This document shows positions 1 through 10,635 of a stretch of 64,000 nucleotides of DNA, one piece after another (the first letter of the stretch is position 1; each line of letters starts with the position of its first letter). Below the pieces are notes generated by a model, which did no database searches, was not told the DNA's origin, and saw nothing but the letters and a program-made list of their open reading frames with translations. A program made the translations under genes and the position numbers. The stretch lies in the IMG/VR virus record IMGVR_UViG_3300026549_000040, positions 64,001 to 128,000 of that record; one strand, 5' to 3'. Source of the stretch: a virus. Lineage: Duplodnaviria > Caudoviricetes.

Positions 1-618
1 GGAGCACATACAGCAATAGTTGGAGATATTATATTAAAGAAAGCTCCAGGAAGTAGCAATGACTTTGGTGATGGTTTTTATTTAGGTGAAGATATATCAC
101 AAGCCGGTATGTGGGTTGCAAATGATGTTAACTCTTCTTTATATATATTTACATTAGACAAAAGTGATCTTATTGAAGCAAGATTTAATGTAGATGTTGA
201 TTGGATGTTAGCAGTTGCACTATGTAGAAATAAGTTAGATGACTATTTAGATAATCCAAGATTACAATCTTTAAAAGAGAAAATAGATAACTGTGATTAT
301 GTATATGCACCAATAGCAGACAATAATTTGTTTGAAGTAATTGATTCATTCCTAAATGGAGAGATTACAGATTTACAATGTTTATATGCTATTTCAGCAT
401 CACATTTAGGATATCAAATAGTTATTAAAAATGAAAAAGCTCTAAGTCGTATTGATATGAAAAAACATCTATATCTTTGTTCTGTAGAAAAAAGTTTATT
501 CAATAGAGAATCTGATATTGAAAGTAATACATCAATGCATAAGTCGCAAATTGCACAGGTAAGATATAAAGAGGTTGGTAAGTATATAAATGAATTACTT
601 GAAGAGGGAATTGAATGA
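1..618 (+). CDS. DUF3990-family (ADP-ribosyltransferase-like) protein, 5' truncated by window
   Basis: Frame open from base 1 (GAHTAIVGDI...NDFGDGFYLGEDISQAGMW); DFG-x-GFYL and Y-APIAD motifs typical of DUF3990; the ORF-track start at 109 is internal. Confidence 0.65.
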   Translation, partial: GAHTAIVGDIILKKAPGSSNDFGDGFYLGEDISQAGMWVANDVNSSLYIFTLDKSDLIEARFNVDVDWMLAVALCRNKLDDYLDNPRLQSLKEKIDNCDYVYAPIADNNLFEVIDSFLNGEITDLQCLYAISASHLGYQIVIKNEKALSRIDMKKHLYLCSVEKSLFNRESDIESNTSMHKSQIAQVRYKEVGKYINELLEEGIE

Positions 619-974
619 TATTAATAGAAAAAATAATTGAATTAAATGATAAGCTATATATAGATTCCTGGTATGATAAATATTCTAGAAATTATATAAC
701 GCAAGTTAAAGATCTAGATGATAATGAAGTTGATTATGCTTACTCAGGTAATTCAAAAGACAGGAATGCAGATATACAGATGTTTAAAGATAAATACAAA
801 GAAGAGATTGTAGAGTATTATCAGAATAAGAAAAAGAAGAAAAAGAAACAAGAGTTGCCTATTACTGGTATAAATCCAATTATGCCAGATAAAGGTGCTG
901 GAATAGATACATTTAATAAAAATGCAGCTCCTGCAGGAGACATTGGAGGAGAAGCTGCAGGAGGCGGAGAATAA
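615..974 (+). CDS. hypothetical protein (Lys tract, Gly-rich tail); possible head-associated protein
   Basis: 119 aa ORF, ATGA overlap with upstream gene, N-terminal L-I-E. Confidence 0.6.
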   Translation: MILIEKIIELNDKLYIDSWYDKYSRNYITQVKDLDDNEVDYAYSGNSKDRNADIQMFKDKYKEEIVEYYQNKKKKKKKQELPITGINPIMPDKGAGIDTFNKNAAPAGDIGGEAAGGGE

Positions 975-1502
975 ATGAAAAACCTTAGAGAATGTTTTAA
1001 AGACTGGGATAGAAAAGAATTTAGAGATAATTCAAGATCATTTGAACTTGAAATGTTGTATGAGTCTGTTAAAACAACATTATCTGCTCAACAAAAAAAC
1101 GATTTAGCTAGATTTGTTAGAAAAGCTAAAACTGCCGAAGAAGTAAATACTTATATGACAGGCATGATTGCAAAAGATAATGTTAAAGAATCATTTACAG
1201 AAGATATAGATGAAGAATCATTCAATAAACTTAAAGAAATAGCATACGAGCTAGATAATTATATAGAAGACAAAGTTTGGGTAAGAGATTTTTGGTATGA
1301 TGCTCAATTTGATAATACTATTACATTTAGTATAAGTGGTGATTGGAAACATGATCATTTAAGATTTAACTACTATGCCAGTGAGTGGTTAGATAATAGA
1401 GGTATTGATTATAAAATTTCAGAACATATAACTGATGATAGTGAAGATGATTCTTACGACGCTGATCATACTATAAGAATTTATAACTTAAAGGAATTAT
1501 AA
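975..1502 (+). CDS. hypothetical acidic protein, candidate internal head protein
   Basis: MKNLRE start, internal LYES and ESFTE linkers, GGAG RBS. Confidence 0.6.
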   Translation: MKNLRECFKDWDRKEFRDNSRSFELEMLYESVKTTLSAQQKNDLARFVRKAKTAEEVNTYMTGMIAKDNVKESFTEDIDEESFNKLKEIAYELDNYIEDKVWVRDFWYDAQFDNTITFSISGDWKHDHLRFNYYASEWLDNRGIDYKISEHITDDSEDDSYDADHTIRIYNLKEL

Positions 1503-2438
1503 ATGAAGTTAAAGTTAAGAGAAAATGCAGATATAAATACAGTAACAGGTATATCTGATATTATTATAGACTCTATAAATAAAAAATGGGATAACATAAG
1601 AGATTTTAATAGTATAATAGTTAATTTAAATGAAGAAGGCTATGAAGACCTTGTTCCTGTTATAGAAAGCATACTTGAAGACGAAAATAGAAACGTAGGG
1701 AAATTACAACAATTGGTTGAATTAGTTTCTCCTACTGCTAGCTCTATAGAAGATGGTAAGCAAGAAGCTATTGATGAGTTAGATGGTAATGAAGTAAAGG
1801 TAGAAGAAGAAATGAAATTAGATGAGAATTTTACAAACGTATCTGATGAAGTAGAATCAAAGATGGATGATACTTTCTTTAAGGCCAATAAAGATCACGA
1901 TAGAGATGAGAAAGAAGCTGAAGATGCATTAAAAGAAAATGAAAAATTGGCTAAAGAAACTATTCCTAAAGAAGGTGAAACTGGTAAAAAAGTTACTTCA
2001 AAGGCATTAAAAGCTATGCATCTTAGTGAAGCATTATTTGATGAAGATACTGAATCTAAAAAAAAAGACCATCTACTAGAGGATAATGAAAATATCAAAT
2101 TTGATATAGCAAAAGAACAAATTAGAAAATTTAAAGAGGGGAAGATGCCAAAAGATTGGACCCCTAAAGATTATATAGATGATTTAGTTAATAGAAAGCA
2201 TCTATCAAGAGAAGAAGGTGAAAAATTATTATCTGAAGACTTTGATGATGACTATTCAATAGAGTCTTTTAGATCTTATTCTAAGCAAGCTTTGTTTAAA
2301 CTAAAAGAAGCATATAATCATATAACTCATGGAGAAGAGTATGACGAAGCCATGAATTCATTAAAAGAAGCAAGAAATATTATAGATAAATTAATGGATG
2401 AAATGGGTGAGCAATATTTAGATGGTGATTATGAATAA
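1503..2438 (+). CDS. hypothetical acidic modular protein, candidate internal head protein
   Basis: MKLKLRE start; LDE, LSE, LLE, LSE sites; AAGGA RBS. Confidence 0.6.
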   Translation: MKLKLRENADINTVTGISDIIIDSINKKWDNIRDFNSIIVNLNEEGYEDLVPVIESILEDENRNVGKLQQLVELVSPTASSIEDGKQEAIDELDGNEVKVEEEMKLDENFTNVSDEVESKMDDTFFKANKDHDRDEKEAEDALKENEKLAKETIPKEGETGKKVTSKALKAMHLSEALFDEDTESKKKDHLLEDNENIKFDIAKEQIRKFKEGKMPKDWTPKDYIDDLVNRKHLSREEGEKLLSEDFDDDYSIESFRSYSKQALFKLKEAYNHITHGEEYDEAMNSLKEARNIIDKLMDEMGEQYLDGDYE

Positions 2439-2809
2439 TGTCATATGAGAATGAATTATATTCTTATGAATATCCTATTTCTTGGGATAGAAGAAATAAG
2501 AATTATTTAAAAAAAGTTCATAATAGGTCAGTCGTTGTGGAAATGATAGTACCTATTGTTTTTAGGTTAAGATTCTATATTGATGATAAGCTGATTTCTG
2601 ATGAGACTTATTCACCAACTAATAACACAATAAGATTTCCAATGCCTTATATTGTACAAGATAAGGTTTTTTCAGGCTGGCAGTTTGAATATAATAGTGA
2701 ATATAAAATAATAACTTCTGAAAATTATGACGACTTAAAGGTTGTCATTTTAGATGGTTGTGAAGATATAAAACTAACAGCTTTATATGAAGATATAGTA
2801 AATGATTAA
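2438..2809 (+). CDS. hypothetical protein with InlB B-repeat-like segment
   Basis: F-Y-x-D...P...FSGW...LTALY pattern. Confidence 0.45.
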   Translation: MSYENELYSYEYPISWDRRNKNYLKKVHNRSVVVEMIVPIVFRLRFYIDDKLISDETYSPTNNTIRFPMPYIVQDKVFSGWQFEYNSEYKIITSENYDDLKVVILDGCEDIKLTALYEDIVND

Positions 2810-2818
2810 GGAATATGA

Positions 2819-4237
2819 ATGTCATTTCATGTATATAATACAAAAAATCAAGCACTAAAAGCGAATAAACTATCTGAGATATTATCTTATATATCTGAAG
2901 ATTTTGCTGGAGTGATAACTGATGATTGGAGTGTTGGTGCTTTTGATAATCCAACACAAATAGAATACTCAGAAGTAGGATCCCCAACTGGAAATCCAAA
3001 AACAAGTAATTATTATGAATTTACAGATGGAATTGGATATTTCCCTTCACAAGATATGTCTGTTGTAGAAGGAAAAACTTATTATACTTATAATAATTAT
3101 TGGATATGGCACCCAGATTTAAGAGATAAAGAAATAACTTTTATAGGTGCTGGAATAAATATAGGATATGATGTACCTACGCCAGATTTTGAAGAAAGCA
3201 GTGGTTACTGGCCGTATGAGTCTGGAGATAAAGAATATCTGTACGGAATAGATGTAATAGTTCCTGGTGATAATTCTTCAATTGCATCAGATGCAGGTAG
3301 AGTGTGGTTATGCACAGTAAGTTGTGATTCTATATCACAAGCTGATATTTATATAATAGTAGATAATCCTGCTGGTAATCCTGTTGAGAATGGTTATTAT
3401 GAATATACTGGTTCTGAATTCCAATTAACTGAAGATGAACAAGTAGTTTCAGGTAAGATATATTATTATGTAATAAAAGATGAAGCTATAAAAGTTACTA
3501 ATGCTAGTTTTCCTAACAGAGCCGATAGTACAGCTGGGAATATTCTTGTTAGTTCCTTTGAATATTATGGTAATACTGTATGGGTTCAGAGGTCTTTAGT
3601 TTATAATGGTATGCAAGCAAGAAGATTTTTTATACCTATTTGCTATAGATCTGTAAATAGTCTAGGTGGATACTATAGTAATAATATTATATTCAGGAGA
3701 GATAAGCAAAGCTATAACTCATTCCTATCTGCAAGAACTTATTATAATTTATTAAATGAACTCAGTGGTAAGTTTGTTCATAGATCCGGTGGTCCTAAAG
3801 TTGGTGATATTGGAAATCTTAATATAACGAATAGCACTATTAGCAGTAATCAAGGTGATTCGATAGAAAACATGGTTTCTATAAATAGACCACATGTTAC
3901 AGGGTTGTCTGTTATAGATAATAAATATCCTGAGGTTTCTAATATTATAATGTTAGGTGGAACTGGGGAAGCCAATGATGACACTGACCCAGATAGAATA
4001 GGGTGTAAAAAAGGTAGACTATATAGAACACCTGATAATTGGTATATTCCAGTTACTCATGGTGGTACTAGTGCTACAGAACAATACCAAGCTAGAAGAA
4101 ATTTAGGATTTTATTTTGGTAAAAGTATACCTACTGCCGATCCAAAATTAAATGGTACACCTGGATATTTATACTCAACACCGGTAAAAGTTGATAATCA
4201 GCCAGATTATGGCAGAGTATGGTTTAGGATTCTATAA
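2819..4237 (+). CDS. putative tail fibre/baseplate structural protein
   Basis: IPVTHGGTSAT..QARRNLG fibre motif; two GNP..YYE...D..VV.GK.YY repeats. Confidence 0.55.
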   Translation: MSFHVYNTKNQALKANKLSEILSYISEDFAGVITDDWSVGAFDNPTQIEYSEVGSPTGNPKTSNYYEFTDGIGYFPSQDMSVVEGKTYYTYNNYWIWHPDLRDKEITFIGAGINIGYDVPTPDFEESSGYWPYESGDKEYLYGIDVIVPGDNSSIASDAGRVWLCTVSCDSISQADIYIIVDNPAGNPVENGYYEYTGSEFQLTEDEQVVSGKIYYYVIKDEAIKVTNASFPNRADSTAGNILVSSFEYYGNTVWVQRSLVYNGMQARRFFIPICYRSVNSLGGYYSNNIIFRRDKQSYNSFLSARTYYNLLNELSGKFVHRSGGPKVGDIGNLNITNSTISSNQGDSIENMVSINRPHVTGLSVIDNKYPEVSNIIMLGGTGEANDDTDPDRIGCKKGRLYRTPDNWYIPVTHGGTSATEQYQARRNLGFYFGKSIPTADPKLNGTPGYLYSTPVKVDNQPDYGRVWFRIL

Positions 4238-4239
4238 TA

Positions 4240-5646
4240 ATGTCAAGCATTAAAAAACATTGGGATGATGCTGGATATAGACCAGGACAAAGACAAGATT
4301 TAGAAATAACCTTTGTTTCCCGTAAAGGTAATAAAGTTAAGATTAAATGGGAATTAAAGGTACGGTCTAATGGTACTGATATGTATCATTATAATACACG
4401 TCATAATAAAGCCAGCATTTATTCTCCTAAAGACAACAAAAGATCTTCAGAAACATATCAGGCTAGAGGTACTAATGATAAAGCTACTGTGTCTGATTCA
4501 TTTACGATGACAGTAGAAAACGATACAGATAAGATAGATTTTTGGTACAAAAACAAAAGAGTATGGGTTAAGCATACTGATGCTTACGAACCAAGAAGTA
4601 CTGGTGTTGTTGATAAAACCAAAGTAGGTACTTTATCTATTCCTAAAAATGTAAAGCACACTATAAAATTTGTAGGTGTTGTTAATAAGTATGAAAAAGA
4701 ATATTCTGTTTATGATGAAAATTCTTTTACTATACCTAAGTTATCTCCAACGTCTAGTTATTATGATTTTAAAGGTTGGACGACAAAAAAGTATAGTAAT
4801 ACTTTAAAAAATATAAAAGCGGCTAAGGTAGACACTTCTACAGGTCATAAAATAGATAGTGTTGAAAAAAGTATAACTTATTATGCTGTATGGCGTCCTA
4901 AGACTATTTATTATTATTTCTGGGATAAAGGAAGTAAATCTCCAAATCCATCTTATAAGATAAAACATACTTATGGTACACCTACATCAATGCCTAATGG
5001 AGATACTCATTTAAAAGGTAAGTATAAAGTAGATGGGTATTCTTTTAAGCATTGGTTACTGTTGCCAGATAAAAAAGTTAAATATAAAGCTAATAGTGAT
5101 TGTTCAGAATGGGTTAAAGGCTCAAGTAACCATGTAAGTTTTTCTCCATATAGAGAAGCAGATGCCAATAGAATAGAATTTATATTTAATAATCCTAATG
5201 GAGATAAACGAATATTTACAGGTGATGAAGCATATTATACTGATTCTAAGTTTAATATGTCAAAAGCATTAACAAATTCAAATGGTGAACAAAAGTTCAC
5301 TCCTACAACTGCTTGGCCTGGATATAATTTAGTTGGATGGTCTACAACTCCTTTAGACATAGAAGATCCAGGTAAAAGCTCATCTAGTGGAAAACATACA
5401 TCTGCATCAAGCAACGACACTAATAAGTCTTTTACTATTTACCCTGTATCTGGAATTATAGATAAATTTGATTATTCTTATTTTAAAGATCATAAATTAA
5501 CTTTATATGCTTATTATGAGTATTATACTACAACCTATGTATACACACAAGATGGTTGGAAATTAGCAATGCCTTATGTCTACACAAAAGATGGTTGGAA
5601 GATGGCAATGGCATACGTATACACAAAAGATGGTTGGAAGATATAG
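4240..5646 (+). CDS. InlB B-repeat (Flg_new)-containing virion/fibre protein
   Basis: Three Y-x-F/L-x-G/H-W...YAVW-type repeats; C-terminal triple YVYTxDGWK repeat. Confidence 0.6.
   Translation: MSSIKKHWDDAGYRPGQRQDLEITFVSRKGNKVKIKWELKVRSNGTDMYHYNTRHNKASIYSPKDNKRSSETYQARGTNDKATVSDSFTMTVENDTDKIDFWYKNKRVWVKHTDAYEPRSTGVVDKTKVGTLSIPKNVKHTIKFVGVVNKYEKEYSVYDENSFTIPKLSPTSSYYDFKGWTTKKYSNTLKNIKAAKVDTSTGHKIDSVEKSITYYAVWRPKTIYYYFWDKGSKSPNPSYKIKHTYGTPTSMPNGDTHLKGKYKVDGYSFKHWLLLPDKKVKYKANSDCSEWVKGSSNHVSFSPYREADANRIEFIFNNPNGDKRIFTGDEAYYTDSKFNMSKALTNSNGEQKFTPTTAWPGYNLVGWSTTPLDIEDPGKSSSSGKHTSASSNDTNKSFTIYPVSGIIDKFDYSYFKDHKLTLYAYYEYYTTTYVYTQDGWKLAMPYVYTKDGWKMAMAYVYTKDGWKI
5536..5643 (+). repeat. 3 x 39-nt tandem repeat encoding YVYT(Q/K)DGWK
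   Basis: Three copies of tatgt.tacaca.aagatggttggaa read directly. Confidence 0.9.
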
Positions 5647-5656
5647 ATAGACTAGA

Positions 5657-7681
5657 ATGATAGATAACCTTAAAGAATTAGAAAATTTAAGTAGAGAAGA
5701 AAAAGAAGAAGTTCTTAAAATATTAGACCAGATATATGACTCAGGCGCTTCAGAAGAATATAATAAATTATTATTAGAAGATTACGAAGAAATACCAGTA
5801 GATATTGAAACTTTTTTAAGAGATAAAAAATATCTCGGTAAAGGCTTAATAAATGATGAAGGAAAGTTTACAGTTTATACTTATTGGGAAGATATGCTAA
5901 AGATTATATTTCCAGATCCTTTACTTCCTGCACAGTATAATACATTAGCTCTTACTGGATCAATTGGTATTGGTAAATCTTTTGTAGCTGTTTTATGCAT
6001 GCTCTATGAATTATACAGAATGTTATGCCTAAAAGATCCTTATGTATATTATGGTCTACAACCTATAGACAAAATTACTTTTGCAGTTATGAATATAACA
6101 TTGGATGCAAGTAAAGGTGTAGCGTGGGATAAAATGCAACAACTATTACAGTCATCTGAATGGTTTTTATCAAAAGGGTCTGTAAGAGGGGATATAAATA
6201 TTGAGTGGAGTCCAAGTAAGAATATAGAACTTATTGCTGGTTCATTAAGTAGACATATAATTGGTCGTGCAGTATTTAGTGCGTTTTTTGATGAAGTTTC
6301 ATTTCAACCTAATCAAGATGTTGAGAAACAAAAGGAAAAAGCAAAAGCATTAGTTAATACTGCAAATGCTCGTATGCAGTCCAGATTTATGAAAGGTGAT
6401 AAAAATCCTACTCTATTAATTCTTGCTTCTTCAAAAAGAACAGAACAATCTTATATGGAAACTTTCATTGAGAATAAGAAGAAAAATGAAAGTAAAACAA
6501 CGTATGTTGTAGATGAACCACAGTGGGTTATAAGAGAAGATAAAAAAAGTTCTGTTACTTTTAAGGTTGCAATAGGGAATAAATTCTTAGCATCAGAAGT
6601 AGTACCACTAACTGCTACTGAGAAAGATATACAAATATATCGTGATAGGGGTTACAAAATATTAGATGTACCAATTGGGTATTATGAAAACTTTATAGAT
6701 GATATTGATATTGCATTAACCGATATTGCTGGTATATCAACAACAAGTAGCAGTAGGTATTTATCAGGTCCAAGAATAGCAGCAATAAAAAATAATACAT
6801 TAAAGAATCCATTCTCAAATGATATATTAGAGATTGGTAATAATCCAGAAGATAATACGCAGTATTACGATCATTTTGATTTAGATAGTATAGATAAAAC
6901 TTTATTACAATATCCTTTATACATACATTTAGATATGTCTATATCTGGAGATAAGACAGGTATTGCAGGTGTTTGGATAAAAGGAAAGAAGCCTCCAGTT
7001 GAAGGACAGCCTCCTTCTAAAGAACTATTTTTTCAACCAGCATTTGTAGTATCTATAAAAGCTCCAAAAGGTTATCAGATAAGTTTTGAAAAAAATAGAC
7101 AATTTATTTATTGGTTAAAGGATAATGGTTTTAATATACGAGGAGTATCATTCGACTCTTTCCAATCTGCAGATATGAAACAACAACTTGCAGGTAAAGG
7201 ATTTGAAGTTGAGACGATATCCGTTGATAAAACTAAAGACAATATTTGTCAACCTTACCAATATTTAAAAAATACTATCTATGAAGAGAGATTAACTTTA
7301 TTTGAAAATACTCTACTAACAGAAGAATTATTAGGATTAGAAAGAAATAATTCAAATGGTAAGATAGATCATACTCCAAGTGGTATAAACTCAAAGGACT
7401 CTGCTGATGCTCTTTGTGGTGCAATATGGAACGCTTCACAGCATGGAGAAGAATTTGATTTTGAATTTGGAGAAACATTAGATACCATAGTAGACGTTTC
7501 TGAACAAAATACGATAAAAGATGAAGGCAAGCAGCTTATGATAGATTTTGAAGATGAATTAAAAAGAGCAGCAAACGCTTTTGGTGAAAGCCTAAAAAGA
7601 AAAGATAATAATTATACAGATTTTGGTTTAGGGGCTTCTACAACAGATTATATGCTGTATGGTGATTGTTTAATAATATAA
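5657..7681 (+). CDS. terL: terminase large subunit
   Basis: Walker A TGSIGIGKS, Walker B AFFDE, nuclease motifs HLDMS..GDKTG and KDSADA; directly upstream of portal. Confidence 0.92.
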   Translation: MIDNLKELENLSREEKEEVLKILDQIYDSGASEEYNKLLLEDYEEIPVDIETFLRDKKYLGKGLINDEGKFTVYTYWEDMLKIIFPDPLLPAQYNTLALTGSIGIGKSFVAVLCMLYELYRMLCLKDPYVYYGLQPIDKITFAVMNITLDASKGVAWDKMQQLLQSSEWFLSKGSVRGDINIEWSPSKNIELIAGSLSRHIIGRAVFSAFFDEVSFQPNQDVEKQKEKAKALVNTANARMQSRFMKGDKNPTLLILASSKRTEQSYMETFIENKKKNESKTTYVVDEPQWVIREDKKSSVTFKVAIGNKFLASEVVPLTATEKDIQIYRDRGYKILDVPIGYYENFIDDIDIALTDIAGISTTSSSRYLSGPRIAAIKNNTLKNPFSNDILEIGNNPEDNTQYYDHFDLDSIDKTLLQYPLYIHLDMSISGDKTGIAGVWIKGKKPPVEGQPPSKELFFQPAFVVSIKAPKGYQISFEKNRQFIYWLKDNGFNIRGVSFDSFQSADMKQQLAGKGFEVETISVDKTKDNICQPYQYLKNTIYEERLTLFENTLLTEELLGLERNNSNGKIDHTPSGINSKDSADALCGAIWNASQHGEEFDFEFGETLDTIVDVSEQNTIKDEGKQLMIDFEDELKRAANAFGESLKRKDNNYTDFGLGASTTDYMLYGDCLII

Positions 7682-7712
7682 AGAAGTGGAATGATACTAA
7701 GTTGGTGATAAA

Positions 7713-9620
7713 ATGGCAGAAGTAGATAACAACATTTTTAATAAAGAAAATGATAAGATAGGTCAAAAAATAAATCCCATGCCAGTACCAGAAACTAATA
7801 TAGGTGTGGATACAGATAATGACTTTTTTAAGGATATAGCAAATTTAGGGGATTCTTCTAGTATTGATATAACAACTATAAATAGTTTTTCACAACTATC
7901 AAATAGTAGAGAAACTTTATATCAAGTCTTAGATACCATGGCTCAAGATTCCACCGTATCTGCTATATTAGAAATATATGCAGAAGACGCTACAGAACAA
8001 AACGAACAAGGTCAAACAGTTTGGGTTGAATCTGATGATGCTAATATTGCTAAATATGTTACTTTCTTATTAAATAGTTTGAATGTAGAAAAGAATATAT
8101 ATAGATGGGTATACTCATTATGTAAGTATGGGGATTTATATTTAAAGCTATTCAGACAATCTGATTTTGATGATGATTTATTAAAAGACGAAGATAAGAG
8201 TGTGTTAAATGAAAAGTTTAATAATATAAGTGAAGTACCGTCAGAAAAACAGAATCTTGATGAGAATGTAATTGTAAAAGCATATAGAAAAGATGATAGA
8301 TTAGTTAATTTTGTTGAAATGGTTTACAACCCAGGAGAGATGTTTGAATTAACTAAATTCGGCAAGAGTTATGCTTACATAAAAACAAATACGTTACCTG
8401 TTCTTCATCAGCAAGATAATCCTATTATTTCTTCTTACTATTTATATAAAATGCGTAAGAGAGATGTAGAAGTATATAATGCAGTAAGTTATGTGCATGC
8501 AGCTTTAACTGATGATACACCGAGAATACCTGAACAAGTACAGATATTTAATGGTGAAGATTTATCTAAAGATAGTGATTCAAATACCTATACTGTAAAC
8601 AGAGGACAATCTTTATTATTTAGCTCTTATAAGATATGGCGTCAGATGATGCTTCTTGAAAATGCTTTATTATTAAATAGATTAACCAAGTCTTCTATAT
8701 TAAGAGTTATAGAAGTGGAAGTTGCAGATATGCCTAAAGAAAGAGTTCAACCTTATCTGCAAAGAGTTAAAACATTAGTAGAGCAAAAAACCTCATTAAG
8801 CGATGGGGATAAGATATCTGAATATACAAATCCAGGCTCTATGGAAAATAATATTTATGTTCCTACCAGAGGTGGTATTGGTGCTATAAATACTCAACAA
8901 ATTGGTGGTGATGTAAATGTTAAAGATATTGCTGATATAGATTATTTTAAGAATAAGTTCTATGGAAGTATGAAAATTCCAAAGCAGTATTTAGGAGATA
9001 CTGATGATGCTACAGGATTTAACGGTGGTACTTCATTATCTATAGTATCTTCCAGGTATGCTAAAACTGTAAAAAGAGTTCAAGCTACTATACGACAAAT
9101 GTTAACTGACGTAGTTAATATTCTTCTAATAGACAGAGGTTTAGACTCTTATGTAAATAAGTTTACATTACAGATGCAAGAGCCAGTTACACAAGAAGAG
9201 TTAGATAAGAGAGATAGTTTATCTTCTGAAATTCAGATAACAGATGATTTAATGAGAATGGTAGGTGATATAGAAGATCCTATCATTAAGTTAAAAATAC
9301 TAAAAGCTTTATTATCAAAAGTTATATCTAACCAAGAAGTTATAAGTCTTATACAAGAAACTATTGAAAGCCTAGAGAGTGCTAATGAAGAACAAACTCC
9401 TGATGCAGGTGATGATGAATTTGGGGATGATGACTTATTTGGTGACATAGGTGGTGGTTCTGGTGGAGCCGGAATGGATTCAGACTTTGATTTTGGAGAT
9501 GAATCAGATTTTGGTGATATTGATAATGATGTTGGTGGTGAAACTGATATGGATACTTCTTCAGGTGACAGTTTACCATCCCCAGCTGACTTAAGTGCTG
9601 GTGATTTCACAGAGTTATAA
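7713..9620 (+). CDS. portal protein (T4 gp20-like)
   Basis: KYGDLYL, KIWRQMMLLENALLLNRL, DIDYFKNKFYGSMKIPKQYL motifs; acidic Gly-rich tail; position after TerL. Confidence 0.88.
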   Translation: MAEVDNNIFNKENDKIGQKINPMPVPETNIGVDTDNDFFKDIANLGDSSSIDITTINSFSQLSNSRETLYQVLDTMAQDSTVSAILEIYAEDATEQNEQGQTVWVESDDANIAKYVTFLLNSLNVEKNIYRWVYSLCKYGDLYLKLFRQSDFDDDLLKDEDKSVLNEKFNNISEVPSEKQNLDENVIVKAYRKDDRLVNFVEMVYNPGEMFELTKFGKSYAYIKTNTLPVLHQQDNPIISSYYLYKMRKRDVEVYNAVSYVHAALTDDTPRIPEQVQIFNGEDLSKDSDSNTYTVNRGQSLLFSSYKIWRQMMLLENALLLNRLTKSSILRVIEVEVADMPKERVQPYLQRVKTLVEQKTSLSDGDKISEYTNPGSMENNIYVPTRGGIGAINTQQIGGDVNVKDIADIDYFKNKFYGSMKIPKQYLGDTDDATGFNGGTSLSIVSSRYAKTVKRVQATIRQMLTDVVNILLIDRGLDSYVNKFTLQMQEPVTQEELDKRDSLSSEIQITDDLMRMVGDIEDPIIKLKILKALLSKVISNQEVISLIQETIESLESANEEQTPDAGDDEFGDDDLFGDIGGGSGGAGMDSDFDFGDESDFGDIDNDVGGETDMDTSSGDSLPSPADLSAGDFTEL

Positions 9621-9635
9621 AATGTAAATAAATTA

Positions 9636-9651
9636 TTGGCTATGCCAAGGA
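9636..9651 (+). repeat. 16-bp direct repeat TTGGCTATGCCAAGGA, copy 1 (hairpin plus RBS-like AAGGA)
   Basis: Identical to 10041-10056; internal inverted repeat TTGGC/GCCAA. Confidence 0.9.
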
Positions 9652-9661
9652 TGTCTGAATA

Positions 9662-10033
9662 ATGATTGATTATAGATTATATATTAGAGAAAGTATAGAA
9701 TCAGATGTTTTATATCATGCTACTTTTGGTTATTACTTAGATAATATAACTACTAATGGGTTGATGCCAAATAATACACAAAATTATTCTGATTCAAAAG
9801 ATAATTGTGTATATCTAGCAAATGATTTAGATGTGGCCGCTTCTTACTGTGAAGCGGCTGAAGTAGATGATGAAATATATGATTCTGGTATCTATATAAT
9901 ATATATAGATACAAGTAGGCTAGATGATTCAAAATTAATTGAAGACGAAAATGTATTAGATGATGATAGTACATTTGAGTATCATGGGGTAATTAAACCT
10001 AATTGCTTTTTAAAAATAGAAGAGTATGACTAG
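9662..10033 (+). CDS. Tpt1/KptA-like NAD-dependent ADP-ribosyltransferase-fold protein
   Basis: LYHAT...I...GL.P...VYLA...A...IDT...F-E-Y-x-G-x-I-x-P pattern. Confidence 0.65.
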   Translation: MIDYRLYIRESIESDVLYHATFGYYLDNITTNGLMPNNTQNYSDSKDNCVYLANDLDVAASYCEAAEVDDEIYDSGIYIIYIDTSRLDDSKLIEDENVLDDDSTFEYHGVIKPNCFLKIEEYD

Positions 10034-10040
10034 ATAAAAT

Positions 10041-10056
10041 TTGGCTATGCCAAGGA
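10041..10056 (+). repeat. 16-bp direct repeat TTGGCTATGCCAAGGA, copy 2
   Basis: Identical to 9636-9651; supplies the AAGGAG RBS of the next gene. Confidence 0.9.
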
Positions 10057-10065
10057 GAATATAGA

Positions 10066-10530
10066 ATGATAACTAAAAATGATTGTTTGATACTGCTAGT
10101 TGAGTTAAAAGAAAATTTACCAGATAAAACAGAAGAAATAGATAACTATATTAAGAAATTAGTAATATCTTCTCAACCTACTATTGATATTATAAGGTAC
10201 ATAAATGATAACAAAGAGTTGAACCTTAGAAGTTTTTATGAGAAGTTAAGAAAGAGTTATAATCAAGGACATTCTAAGTTATATAAAAATATAGTTAATG
10301 AAACGTCTTTAGAACCTAAAGAACTTATTTGTTGTTTAGGTGCTTTACAGCAACAGGTATTATTATACTATAAATTATTAGATGATATTTCATTCTTAAA
10401 ACAAGCAAGATTTGATGAAATTTCTAAGTGCTTATTACATTATTATAAGACAGGCGATATAATACAGTGTCAAAAGTTATTAGAGTTATTCAAAGCAGAT
10501 TTAAAGTTTATGGAAGAGATAAGTAAATAA
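10066..10530 (+). CDS. hypothetical helical protein in head module
   Basis: 154 aa ORF with AAGGAG RBS. Confidence 0.65.
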   Translation: MITKNDCLILLVELKENLPDKTEEIDNYIKKLVISSQPTIDIIRYINDNKELNLRSFYEKLRKSYNQGHSKLYKNIVNETSLEPKELICCLGALQQQVLLYYKLLDDISFLKQARFDEISKCLLHYYKTGDIIQCQKLLELFKADLKFMEEISK

Positions 10531-10572
10531 TAAATTGAAGTAATAAATTCAAATTTTACACGATAAAAATAC

Positions 10573-10601
10573 TTGAATTTATTGCTAAATTAGTATATAA
10601 T
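10573..10601 (+). promoter_or_regulatory. putative late promoter TTGAATTTATTGCTAAATTA...TATAAT
   Basis: 20 bp identical to 38824-38843; also fits TTGAAT-17-TATAAT. Confidence 0.7.
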
Positions 10602-10635
10602 TACAAAATATAACTAAGAGAGGAAGTGATTAAAC

